A stretch of 64,000 nt of DNA from Octopus sinensis (taxonomy: Eukaryota), in contig NW_021835955.1 in NCBI RefSeq assembly GCF_006345805.1, positions 1 to 64,000 of the forward strand. The letters run 5' to 3'. Position 1 is the stretch's first letter, and the number at the start of each line of letters is the position of its first letter. The notes beneath the pieces are model-generated. The model was not told where the DNA came from and searched no databases. It was given only the letters and a program-made list of their open reading frames with translations. A program made the translations under genes and the position numbers. This document shows positions 1-13,594 of this stretch, piece after piece.

Positions 1-363
1 TTCAATGAAGTCATGTGAAACGGTCGAGCAGCATGTAACTAATTTTAAAAAAAGAAAATTTGCGAAAAATTTGTCAAATCTGTTCTGATTCAGAGGTCTA
101 TCTGTCGGGAAGGCATGGTCTGACAGGAATAAACAAAAATCTATATAAGACATTCTATTGTAAAATTGCCCCGGTAACGACGGTCTATGCAGCTAGTACA
201 CACGCACACACAACACACATATGGCATGCAAGTCCAGTTTCTGTCAAACTCATGCCACCATTGATAAGAGACATTAACCGGCGATGATGATAAAGAAGTT
301 ATATATGTATGTGTGTGCTGTTGTGTGCCCGCGCTGTGTGTGCCCACGCTGTGTGTGCCCACC

Positions 364-405
<42 letters not shown>

Positions 406-562
406 TGTGTGGTTGTGTGTGTGTGCACGTGCGCGCAGGCTGTGTGTAGCCCAAAAGATTTAGATTCTTTTTATATACAAGAACTTTGCCGCACGACTTA
501 ATTCCAGATCCGAATTTTTTGCAATGTTACCATAGAGGCAAATTTATTTTGTCCAACATATA

Positions 563-1815
563 CAGAGTGCGGTGAATAAATTGTCGTCTAATTACGCAAA
601 ATGAAAATAATACTGACATTTCATTTTAACGATACATTTACCAAAATTACAAAATATATCTTGAAATACTAAAGAGTAAATTTATTCCAAAAAATCGCCA
701 TTGGCTTCAACCACGCCCTCCAGACGACTTCGGAATCTTCTGCAACTCTTCTGGACGGTCTCCTTGTTTAAGTTGGTGAATTTTGCCATAATCGTTGTTT
801 CAGTTCATCTTTGCTGTCACAAAGTTGTTTTGTTGTCTCTCGCTCAACTGCGCACACCACACATAATGAGGCGATTGCAGTCTGGGAAGTTAAGTAGTCA
901 GATGTTAGGGGTGGTGTGGTCTCACAAATTGTCTGACAACCATGAATGAGTCCTCCTGCTGGTATGGCATGGTGCTGAATCTTGTTGCCAGACATAGGGT
1001 CTTCCAGTAGCCCCCACCCTCTTTACCCAGGGTAGCGCTACCTCCTCCAGGCACGTGATGTAGGCTTCCGTGTTGATGTGAGCCCACTTGTGATCACTCC
1101 AAACGTCATGATGTTGACTGGATGTTTTGTTTTTATCACTCTCGGTACATGTCTTGGGAACACGGCAGGCCACGGTTGTTCTGTTTGTTCACGATCGATC
1201 CTGGCAGAAATTTTTCTCGTCTGAGAAAAACCAAAGCATGATCGGTTGGAAGGGATGCTTGAATTTGTTCAAAAGATTCGTAGCGCAGTCTTTCCTCTTG
1301 TCCTTGATGGTGTGGGATAAACATTGTCTCTTTCTCATCTTGTATGAGGATATCTAATGTCTTCATGATTAGCTGCCTTGTTAGAAACTCAGACACTCTC
1401 ATGTCCCTTGTGATGGACCTGATTGACTTGGAGGGATCGTTGTCAATCATGGCCTGGATCTCACCAACAATTTCAGTTCTTTCTTTCTTTCTTTCTTATC
1501 AGAACGATCAGAGTGAGTTTTCCGAACTGCTGTATCTTCGTAATCGCCTTTAGACTCATTTGACTCTCGCCGAATCCTCTGCACTCTTCTCAGATTGACA
1601 TCCAAGCACTCTGAAGAAATGTTAGGACTGGAGCTTCAGGTGAAAATATAGCATGTCGTTTCCAAATTCCGGAAGAATGAACTGCATCGTGATGCTGTTT
1701 TTCTCGTAGACGGTGTCTAACTGACCCTATTATACTGTGTAGTCAACAAAATCAAAAACAAACAATGCGCGAAAGGTAAATATATAAATGACGACAATTT
1801 ACCCATCGCACCCTG
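563..1815 (-). mobile_element. Degenerate Tc1/mariner-superfamily transposon, DD37D (maT-like)
   Basis: Imperfect 25-bp TIRs (563-587 CAGAGTGCGGTGAATAAATTGTCGT; 1791-1815 inverse), TA at 561-562. Minus-strand broken transposase: SDEKNF-like motif, then WQQDSAPCH followed by 37 codons to a frameshifted PDCNRL(D)Y. Confidence 0.9.
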
Positions 1816-1859
1816 TGTGTGTATGTATGTATGTATGTATGTATATATACACATACATG

Positions 1860-1908
<49 letters not shown>

Positions 1909-2602
1909 GCTTGTGCACGTTCGCGCACGCATACACGCATGCATGCACCACGCTCGTGGGTGACCGACTAGATCTCCTGTACGTATCTGGGCCGGCGCGT
2001 GTCTTTGGGTTCTCCACGCCTGTCGCCGCGGGACCACTCTTCCATCTTCCCCTTTCCCCCCCTCTCCGCTGCAGTTTTTTTTCCTTAACCCCCCCTCTTG
2101 TACACACACGCACACACATACACACCCACTCACAACACACATTTGCATATATATATACATTACACTTACACACACTTCAAATTTACTTGCCATACACACA
2201 ACTACGCACACTGGACACACACACACTACCACTCAACACACACACGCACGCCGCACACACTCACACATACATACACACGCACACACACATACCTCCCTGT
2301 TTCTGATCCGCCTTTCTGACTTGCTAGGGTACCCCCACACCACTCCTTTAATTCTACTACTGCCTGCTACTAGCCACTGTCCACCATACACACACATACA
2401 CACACACGCACACACTCACACACACAACCCCTCGTCATCTCGCCCACCTTTTTTACCCATTCCCTCTTTGATTCAGCTCTCCTGTTTTTAAAAAACATTT
2501 TCCTCCTTTTTTACCACTTCCGTCTTTTTAGTATGTGACCTCGTGAAGACTACCTGCAATTTTTTTCCTCTGTCCTCCCGTCTCGGGATCTTCTTTCTCC
2601 TA

Positions 2603-2735
2603 TGTTTTCCGACGAAGAGCTCCGCTCGAAACGTCATACCCTCCTTCTTCCATTTTCCTGAGCGCCTAATAATAATAATACTGTAATGTTCCACGTGTTG
2701 TTGTTTTTTTCTGTTTTCCCGTTTGGATTAACCTT
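2603..2735 (+). mobile_element. Penelope-type terminal repeat with variant hammerhead-like motif
   Basis: CCGACGA-A-GAGC-tcc-GCTC-GAAA-CGTC at ~2609-2635; downstream sequence resembles 13356-13483 (-) and 44777-44900 (+). Confidence 0.5.
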
Positions 2736-3131
2736 ATATATATATATATATATATATATACATACATACATACATATATACATACATATATATATATACA
2801 TACATATATATATACATACATATACATACATTATATACTATTATATATATATATATACATACATATATATATATATATATATATCATACATATATATATA
2901 TATAACATATATATATATATATTATATATACATATATATATATACATACATATATATATATATACATACATACATATATATATATACATACATATATATA
3001 TACATACATATATATATACATACATATATATATATATATCATTCATACATACATATATATACATATATATATATACATATATATTATACATATATATATA
3101 TACATATATATATATACATATATATATATAC

Positions 3132-3221
<90 letters not shown>

Positions 3222-3232
3222 AATATATATAT
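2736..3232. repeat. Compound (TA)n/(TACA)n microsatellite
   Basis: Directly visible low-complexity tract. Confidence 0.98.
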
Positions 3233-5319
3233 GTCCTCAGTGAGCTCAAATCAGAGGTATTTCACTCAACTTTTATACCCTAGGGTACTACATTATCTGA
3301 ACTGATTGTCTAATAGTTTAGATGGAGTTGCTTATCATGTTCATACTAATGCTAGTCTTTAAGGAGTTATTGGGTTTGTAATGGCGGTGGTTGAGTCAGT
3401 TTTGGTGTTGATGGATGTTGTGTTGATAGATCCAACAGCCTATTTGAAGAAACTTTGCATTAGCTATCACCGTGAGGGAGGTAAGGCAAATGAATGCATT
3501 GGTTTTAGTATGTATTATTTTACCTAATCGACGTATTTGAGAATTTGAATTGGAAAACCTTCTTCAATAGATCTTGATGTTTTAAACAAAGGCATAAAAA
3601 TGCAATGCTGAAATTTTACGTTGCTCTGGTTCATTAATATAGAGAAATTGTTACTTCAAGCTCTAACTTGCTCGAGTTAAATATTCTCTCTTGATGCTTA
3701 ACCCGATTATACTACGAATTGTTTTTGTGATCTAACTTGGGAAACGTGGCTATATCAATTTAAACTCGTTATTTGTGCAATAGTTTTGCTTAACGGCATA
3801 ATGTTGAAGTAGAAAATGCACACAATAAAATTTTTTGTTACCTATTTAAAAATCCTCATTCGGTTTAATGCAAATGCTTAGCTCTACGGTATCTATACTA
3901 TATTAGTAGTAATCTGATTCGTTCAACTGATCAGATTTAAAAGAAAAATGACAATTAAGCTCAATTATTGTATGATGAGTTTAAGTTGTCGAAGCAGAGA
4001 AATAGAATGGCAAGTATATTAATTAGCATCTGACAAAATGAAATCTACCCATTTATCATTACAATTTAATTTGATTGTTGTAATTTGTTCAATTTTACGT
4101 ATATTGGATCTCGAAGTATTCTGTGTATTAGATCAATCTTAAACACTGAGTCGTTCATAAAAGCTGAAAGAGATATAAGTATACTATTATGGTAATAGAA
4201 CCGCAGTAGAATCACTGAATCTGAATTGATATTTTGCAAAGCATATACTTTAAAGTGTATTGGAAATAAGAAGCATTTCGTGTATTGGATCAGCGTTAAG
4301 CATTCATAAAAGTTCGTTAAAGTATAAGTCAGTATTGTACAATGGTAATAAAGCATTTAGCGCTTGGCCCTTGAAAATTAAGCACTCATAACTTATGCTA
4401 TTCTTGATGCTGGTTTCATACGGCATTAAGTAATAGCAGCTGTTCCTTATATAGTTACTGGCCGGTAATATACGAAGCGATAAACTAATCCGTGGTAAGT
4501 GCTTTCTCAGAGATGTTCCAGTTGTTTTATATACAGACATATATGTACATTTCCACCATAATTTTGCAGCCATGCTATTATCATACCGAAAACTTGGGAA
4601 TTCCTCAACAGGAAAATTCCCTGAAAACGTCTCGGTACTTCTTTCTCTCTATATTCAAGAAGGTTCCTCGTACATGCTCTACAATATTCCTATACACATT
4701 TACTATTTATAGAATATTAATGTTTCTATCACAGCTCCAAATGCCAGACAGCTATTTTTTGCCTTAAAGTAACCCAATTTAGTTTTAGTTATTAGTTGTG
4801 AACAGACATAGCTTTCAGGGGCAGATAGGTTTATCTCACCATTCAAATATCTCTGAAGTTGACTCAATTTCAATACATTTCAAAACATCGAGAACTGGCA
4901 CCCCAAGACATCCCTGTCATGGAGAAGCTGTCAGTAAAGGAATTTTCTAACAATGGGCATATGACAATCAAAAAAAAAAAAAACTGTCAGAAAAATTTGA
5001 ATTTTATTTTTGCCAAATGCTGTTGAAACAATTTCTTACATAGTCACAAAGTTTTAGATTTAAGGAAGAGAATAGGTGATTATATCGATTTAATCTCTAT
5101 AAACTCGGAGTACAGATGAAAAGCACTATATACAGCGGTTTTCACTCTTTTGTAGCTCAAAAAGCCCTTTATAACGAATTGCATTTTTGTATGTTTGAAA
5201 CAACTGAAGCTGATTATACACATTGACTTGACCAGGAGATGTGGTGATTTGCTATATTTGATAATACGAGTCAAGCTAATTAGAATTGATGTCTTCCACA
5301 CATACAGGTTTGTCCTTCA

Positions 5320-5571
5320 GGTACCGGTGCCACTTAAAAATCACCCGTGCCAGTGCTGCATTGATGCACCCGTGCCAATGCTACGTAAACGCACTTGTAC
5401 CGGTGGCACGTAAAAAAGCACTCAGAACACTCTGCTTAGTGTCTGGCTTTAGGAAAGGCATGTCACAACAGACAGTTGGAATCTGAACAACTCTTTGCTA
5501 GCCAGTAGCATGTCAAACCATATAACCCATGCCAGCATGAAAAGAGGACGTTAAACGATGATGATGATGAT
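5320..5571 (+). mobile_element. Short retroposon, family D (GGTGGCACGTAAAA subrepeats, (GAT)n tail)
   Basis: Homologous to 63717-64000, 31606-31812 (-), 43220-43395 (-); ends GGACGTTAAAC(GAT)n. Confidence 0.75.
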
Positions 5572-6315
5572 AACATCACCAGTTATGTTTCTACTTACTG
5601 ATAACAATATACTAATCCCAAACATAGATTTTCAAACGTACCTTGTTTAAATACATCATTTCTAAGGTGTTACGTAATGGGACTGGACCTGGAACCATGT
5701 GGTTGATAAGCAAACTTCTTACGGTACAACTACACCTGTGCCTATTTATTTCAATTGAAATACTTTGCCGCTTGAAAGAAGAAGAAAAAACTGAGAATAT
5801 TTTACCAAGGTTACCATTTGAAATAGAAGGACTGTTTTACTCGCGATAACATTTTAACATAAAGTTTGTGTGCGTGTGTGTGTAAGCGAGCGTGTGTGCG
5901 CACGTGCAAATTAGCAGAATTGTTAGCAAGCTGGGCTCAAAGCTTTACAACATTTCATTTGTCTTTATGTTCTCAGTTCAAATGCCGCCAGTGTCGATAC
6001 ATGAACCCCTGTTCAGACCGAAAGGGCGATCAACAAAAGAAGCAATATTCTGGAAGGTAACACATAAATACAAAAGGAAAAGAAGAAAATGCAAAATGCT
6101 GGAAAAGAAGCATAGTAATACAGCAAGGCAAAAATTAACACAGCAAAGCGAAAATGAGAACATGCACAAAGGTAATTTCATGTGGTTAAGCAAGCTCCCG
6201 GTTTGCACTATATCAGTCAGTTCAGATATAGGTACACGACGACAACTGCGAGTCGTAGTGATGTATTTATGTATATATATATACATATATTTGTATATAC
6301 ATATATTTGTGTGTG

Positions 6316-6398
<83 letters not shown>

Positions 6399-6447
6399 AT
6401 ATACATATATTTGTATATACATATATTTGTATATACATATATTTGTA

Positions 6448-7075
6448 TACTCTTTACTCTTTTACTTGTTTCAGCCATCCGGCTGAGGCCATGCTGGGGC
6501 ACCGCCCTTGTTGCTACCCTCTCTAAGTCCAGTTTGCCGTGGCTGGCCACTGATCTAAGAGAGAGTTTGTAGCTGCTGCCCTTAGGTTACCTTCGTACCT
6601 TGCAGTGGGTTCATCTGGGATCCCGGAAAGCAGCTTGTCTAGATGTTTTTTGAAAATGTCCACATCCGCATCATGTAGATCTCTTAGTTTTTCTTGGCAG
6701 TTTGTTGAACAGCTGAGGGCCCCTGAACCCCAGGCTATTACAGTATCTGCTCCTTACCCTGGATGTGGAAGACGGGACCTTTGGCACCACACTGTGACGT
6801 CCTGTACGGGGATTGGAACAGCTCTCAATTCCAAAATTTGGTGCTAGTCCCTCCAGGATTTTCCATATGTATATCACTGCATATCTCTCTCGTCTTCGTT
6901 CCAAGGAGTACAAATTGAGTTCCCTAAGCCTCTCCCAATAGTTCTTTTCTTTCATGGTGGAAATCCTCTTGGTGAAATGTCTTTGGATTGTCTCAAGCTC
7001 TGTGGTTAGTTTGACACTATGCGGTGACCACAGTTGGGAGCAGTAGTCCAGGCGGCTTAGGACAAATGTCCTCCA
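6448..7075 (-). mobile_element. 5'-truncated CR1/L2-group LINE (ORF2 C-terminus plus 3' UTR)
   Basis: Translates WRTFVLSRLDYCSQLWSP...YWERLRELNLYSLERRRERY...GPQLFNKLP; short tandem tail GTAAAAGAGTAAAGAG. Confidence 0.9.
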
Positions 7076-7620
7076 TATATATATATATAATAGAAATATG
7101 TTTCAAAAGAAAATAGAAACTACACGTGGAAAATATATGTGGAAAGTATGAAAAAAAAAGCGAAAATGCACATTGAATATTAAAAAAATAATAATAATAA
7201 AGGCTATATATGAAGAGTAGCGATAAATAAATACAATTAGATGAACTGAGGTATATACATGCATATATATGTATATAATATATATGTAAATATATATATA
7301 TATATATGTGTGTGTGTGTATATATATGTTGTGTATATATATATATATATGTATATATATGTGTGTTTATATATATATATGTATATATATATATGTATGT
7401 ATATATACATATATGTATTTAAGTATGTATATGTATATATATATAAATATATATGTATGTATATATATAACAATTCATAAATAAGGTCAAACGAAAAAAT
7501 TCCTAATGCCAAATATGCAGAAAAATTGGACATATTGTCCATTAACCATATAATTTTTCACAATACGCACGCTACTCGAAAAAAGGTCGACAGAAATTTC
7601 TAAAAAATTCCATTATTACC

Positions 7621-7675
7621 ATATCGGACTGATTTCAGAGTTAGCTACTAAGAGCCCTCCCTTCGTCAGTGATAC
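7621..7675 (-). ncRNA. Type I hammerhead ribozyme motif
   Basis: Minus strand GTATCA-CTGACGA-AGGG...CTCT-GAAA-TCAG-TC-CGATAT: intact core, stem II AGGG/CTCT, GUC site, stem I 5 of 6 pairs. Confidence 0.7.
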
Positions 7676-7948
7676 ATGTGGCAAAGAAATAAATGAGATA
7701 CTTACTCATACCCATGGAAGAAGCAAACACTAAGTCATGAGCACAATTAAGTACCCAAATACATCCAAATAGAAATACTCCAGCCCATTCGAGACACGTG
7801 CGATTTGAACTGAGGCCCCCACAGAGTGAGAGAGTCCGGAAGTGAACGCTTAAATTTATATCTCTAAATATAAATTTAAGATATAAATTTAAGTGTATGT
7901 ATATATAGATATATATATATGTATGTATAGATAGATATGTGTGTAATA

Positions 7949-7992
<44 letters not shown>

Positions 7993-8340
7993 TGTATATA
8001 TATATGTATATACATACATATATATTCTTATGAAATGAGAAATAAGGATAGCTTCTAACAATGCAATTTTGTTTTAAATAATGAACGTTTACATATATCC
8101 TGCCATTTGGAATAGTTTCTGCGTTGTTATAAGGATTCTTTACGTCTCAGTGCATTTGTTATGCAAAAGGCTTACTACATGGTTTCAAGCACACTACATA
8201 TCTTATATATATATATATATATGGAACAAGAACGCAACAGGTGACAACGAAACACCGGGATACAAAAAAGGACAGGAAAAACAAGTACGGGTCATTCAGA
8301 GCTTTCTTTAGTCGAGTTCCGTATTATTTTTCGTTCTTTT

Positions 8341-8546
8341 TTTTCAGGATTAAATAAAAAGAGAAACGGAAAATATGACATACCTGTATATATAATTAAA
8401 GAAATACGTGTAGTAAATAAAGAAGCGAACATATATCTTCATTAGTATATGTTCGTTTATTTATTTGCTACGCGTTTTTCTATATTATATATATATATGC
8501 ATGTCATATTTTCCGTTTGAAGTTTTTTTTTATTTAATCCTGAAAA
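8341..8546. repeat. Imperfect palindrome, ~95-100-bp arms
   Basis: TTTTCAGGATTAAATAAAAA...GCGAACATATA / TATATGTTCGT...TTTTTATTTAATCCTGAAAA with 10-nt loop at 8436-8445. Confidence 0.9.
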
Positions 8547-11500
8547 TATTATTTATGTAACGCACGCACTCATTAAGTTTTTTACACACACACACCACAC
8601 ACGTATATATATATATATATATATAGGTAAAGTTCAGTCGTCACCAATTGCGAGTTAAGGTGCTGGGTATCACCTACATTGCTAGAAATAGGAGGTAATC
8701 CTTAAAACTGTTAAAAAGCACATTTTCATATGCTGAAGGGGGAAATAACCACCCCACAAGCGAAGCTAGACTCACCGGACGAGACTACTTTCGTCTGAAA
8801 TTTAGAGACTCGAGAGTAGTGACTACCCGTTCGCCAGATAGGCTTAGCTAAATCCAGACTGTTATTATATATATTTGCTATATAAATTTACGGCGTAGTT
8901 AACGGAATGCTAATGTGAAAATTACAAAATAATGTGGGGCAGTTATAAGCAATATAAAACCAAAACTGAAAAATACAATCGTCACTAATTTGACTGAGGG
9001 TGCTGGGTAGCGCCTATATTGCTAGAAATAAGAGTTCTTTTTAGTTTTATATTCTGTGTAGCTGCTTATGTTATTTTATACACACATACACGCACACAAT
9101 CCTCCAAAACTGATAGGAGGCAAATATTCTCAAACTAGAGATCTAGTATGACTGTTTGTTACCAACACCCAAAACACTAGCTGGCGGTGTTAAACCGGGT
9201 AAGAGATTAAGTCGACCACCCAAATCTTTATCAACTTGATAATCTACTGAAGATATTCATTCTCTATAGCTTTAGAACATTACTGGAATTGTGTAGATTC
9301 TTTCAAGCTGTATTTCCTTAAACATTTGTGCAGACACATTATCATCTTCAACACTGATGTCCAATTCCAGTTAAAAGCTTCTAAAGAGTTCAAAAGACCG
9401 TTTTATCCTTTGTGAAAATCTAAACCCGAAGATAACCTGCTACCTTTTAGCTAACGCTTTCTGTATCATAATGATCCAAACAGACGACAATGTTGATTAA
9501 AGATAACTTTAGATAGGACTTCGGTTTATTGCAGTAAGTTTTCCATGTGAGAAGAATTACATTAGAATTATATGCCAACATAATATACAACAATCCCACA
9601 GCATTTCTATTTCTTACAGTAATGTATTTTACCAGTTCTACTTTCAATGTGGTAGAGAGAAAAACCCCAGAGCAGCGTTCGGTGTAATAATTACGAATGC
9701 TGTAAATACATATACCCACATATGTGAGGTGAAAAAGATCTTCGCTCATTAAACATTATCCAAACAATTAGCACACAAAAATTTCTTCTTTGGATATTAA
9801 AAATCTTCACTATAAAATAAGTGACGGCACCCCATGACCACGTGACTAATAATCTACAACATTATTGACTAAAAGTGGCTCTCAACTGCAAATTCTGCTC
9901 TAATTCTATTCCATATCTCTCGTAGATTGGAAGATATGGTTAAAAAATTAATATTTACAATATATAACTTTAAAACCTTTCGTGGAAAGTTGTATGTGGC
10001 CAATTCATATGTATTTCATATTATTTTTATATCCGAATGTTACTTCCTAATACTGAATGTGAAGCGGAGTAATTAATTTTAACCGATGAGATAAAAATAT
10101 CAAATAATGATTGAATGATAAAGGCAACGACTCTGTGCGCACGCAAGCGTATATATGTGTGTGTGTGTGTGTATGTGTGTGTATACGTATCTGGTTATGA
10201 ATGTGTCAATGTAACTGGAACAGTCCTATCTTTCACGCATGTATGCGTGCATATAATACAAGTTTGTACATATACTGACGCAATAAAGCAGCACAGCACA
10301 GAATTGCAAAGATATAAAACAGATATAAAATAATAATAAAAAAATAAAAGCAATTCCAAGTCGGCCATTCTTTAGATGGATCAAAACTGATAACAATATA
10401 TATACTATAGCGGTTTACGGTATCAAATGACCAGGCGAAAGCCATCAGTTTTTAAGTTAGCATCACTGAACTAGTTGCTGGAAGTATTCCAAAATCTCAG
10501 CAAGATCTTTTAGAGATTTGTTCTTTCGCATCCTTGATTCTACACTAATAAAATCTCTAGGTTTCACTGTTTTTCAACGATGTCAACTCTTTTCTTATAA
10601 AGTAATGCCTTCTTTTAATTACGTTTCCATTTTTATGCCTATTTGATGTGGGAATTTGGAAATAACTCTCTCCGCATTGTAAGTACTGAATTATTTTGTG
10701 TGTGTGTGTGTGTTTGTGCGTGCACGAACACAAACGCACTTAAATGCACATACGTATACAAACTAGAGGAAAGGCACACATCACGTATCATGGAGTTTAA
10801 ATATTTATGTTTAACAGCTTGACACGTGTCATGGAGTGTGCATGAGTGTGTTTGTGCGTGTATATGTACATAGGTACATAGATAGAGAATAGAAGCTGCT
10901 TATTATAATGATGACTGGTATAAGAAAAAATTAGTGTAATAAAAATCAATGATTCCTCAACATTTTTTTACGAACTTTTAGCTTGGTGTTGTTATCGAAA
11001 ATGTTTCATCACAACGTGACCATAAGAATTAACTTCTATACCTATTTATGTGTAACAAGCAAGTTATAACATGTGAGATGTAGCAAGTAATAAATTTCTG
11101 ATGTATTGAAATAAATTGTTCCGTAATTATATAATTGCAACGTTTCGTAATTACATAATTGCAACGAGTTGGAAGAAATCATAAAAGTTCGTGTCGTGAA
11201 TGATAGTTTTCATCGAAAATCTCTTGTGCAGTCTTAATGGTAGTTTCCCATCGAGCCGAAGGAAGAAAATAAGGGATACATGGGTCATGAAAAAGAAGTT
11301 TCTTAGTAAGTGTGTATGAAAGTTAAGTCTCCGCGGAGTCGCCAACGGTGTCGGAAGAACTGGCTGTGTGTTTACAAGTATCACTAATACGTACCTGTGT
11401 CAAAGCCGAATAAGGTAATTGAAGTTAGAATTAAATGGGTTATTTAGATACAATTCTCTTTCGCGTAAGACGATGGCAGATTTGTCATATAGAGCAAATA

Positions 11501-11840
11501 GATTGTAGGTGTACATTCCGAAAGCAATGGAAGCAAATGTGCGCAGACCGAGGAGGTCTTGGTCACCCGTCGAATAATTTTCGTGTGAGAGAATTTGAAA
11601 AAAAAAAAAAAGGCCGGAGCAAAATGAAATACCTGAAAGTGATCATAAAAGGTTTTTTTTAAAAGAAAAGCAAATCGGAATATCGAAGTGAGCGTAAAAA
11701 CAAAGTATAAAACACTTAAAGTGAAAGCCTCATAGATGGATATGTTTTGGTGAGAAGTAAAAGCCAGGTAAATGAACCTCTTACGTGTAGGGCATAACAT
11801 AACCAGCATCAAATTTGTATAAAATTACTGTCACAGTATA

Positions 11841-12339
11841 TGTGCAAGCTTTATGCTAATCCTATGTTCAAACTCTCATTTCCTTTGTTTACCAGGGATT
11901 CGAAACCTCAACCGGCAGATAATCGTTCAGGCACCACAAGTAAACCACCATTGCTTCACGTGATTGGTCTATTAAGTGAAGAATCAGCGTGCAACCAATC
12001 GACGTGACATAGTTTTCTCAACCTTTCGAGAATTTGGCTTCCGGTCTCCTATATAAATCGTTTGGAGCACACTTTAGAGCGCAGCCCGCCAAGGACCTCT
12101 GTCTCCACGGATATCTGTGCAGTTGACTTCGTATAGTTTTGGGCCGGCTGCATGTTTCCACGCATATAGCCTTCTGTAATTTTAGAGCAGTTGTCTATTT
12201 CCCAGTCAGTAATTATTAATGTTAATTATAAATAGCCAACACCAAATATCTTTATGTCCAGCAATAAATGTTCTCATGCTTGCTTCAGTTATTATTCATG
12301 CAGACAGCGAAATATATCTTAATTTACCAGCTCCACACA
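11841..12339 (+). mobile_element. Probable solo LTR (~500 bp)
   Basis: Starts TGTGCAAGCT, ends AGCTCCACACA (short inverted termini, TG...CA); flanks GTATA/GTATC; internal order CCAAT boxes (11963, 11995), TATATAAAT (12050), AATAAA (~12263). Confidence 0.65.
11956..12058 (+). promoter_or_regulatory. Pol II promoter-motif cluster within the putative LTR
   Basis: TCACGTGA E-box, two CCAAT boxes, GACGTG, TTCGAGAA heat-shock-element unit (12025-12032), CTTCCGG ETS-like site, TATA box. Confidence 0.55.
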
Positions 12340-13009
12340 GTATCAACAAAGTAACCATTGCGACAGTTGTAAGTATTAAAAAGCAAAACTTCAGAATATG
12401 TGACCTCTGTGAGAAAAGAATCGGTCACTAAGTCCAGTCTTATATAAAAGCACATGTATATATGCACATGCGTATGCGTGTGTACGAATTTGCGTGCATG
12501 TTGAGCCAATTGCGAGAGATTTTGGAGTCTGTTACATTGGTTTTCGAACATTATTTCAGGTCTCTGCGCTTTAGGTTCAAACCCACCGTTCATCTTTTTG
12601 GAATCGATAAGTAACAGTCTAGTACTGCAATCGATCCTTCTTTCTTTGCCTCTTCGCTTTCTTTCTCTCTTCCTCTCTCTCTCTCCCTCTCCCTCCCTCT
12701 CCCTCTCTCTGTTTCTAAGAGACATTGGCTGTGATTGGATCTGTTCTTAAATCTGCCTATGACAAGCTGAATGTGAGGACTGCATTCATACGATTCCAGA
12801 TGCAGCACCAGCCAATATTTTCTAGAACGAGAGACAGACAGTCAGATACACGGACAGAAAGAAGGGAGAGATGAAGAGGAGGTTAATCGACTCTGCTTTA
12901 GGATTGATACTTTACAAATTCCGAAAAGCAAAATTTGAAGCCAAAACGGATCAACCCGAAACGATTACTGCAAAGCAAACAACTCTACATATTGACCACC
13001 TCTATCTCT

Positions 13010-13570
<561 letters not shown>

Positions 13571-13594
13571 TCATATATATATATATATTTATTT

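Noticed and set aside
2686-3243. Long ORFs rich in YI/HT/CV repeats (also 1717-2306, 5892-6572, 12871-13418, 42193-42938, 54154-54462, 63068-63924)
   Set aside because: Translations of TA/CA microsatellites, which lack stop codons; not genes.
4066-4900. Non-repetitive ORF-like stretches
   Set aside because: No recognisable motif, stops in all frames, no convincing splice pair.
8768-8810. CGGACGAGAC...GTCTGAAATTTA hammerhead-like string
   Set aside because: Core mismatch, stem II would consume A9, and stem I does not pair in register.
9150-9850. 100-aa minus-strand ORF and flanks that look like decayed coding sequence
   Set aside because: I cannot assign any family; needs a translated database search.
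11956-12200. Host heat-shock gene promoter
   Set aside because: No downstream ORF; poly(A) signal ~200 bp after TATA and TG...CA ends fit an LTR better.
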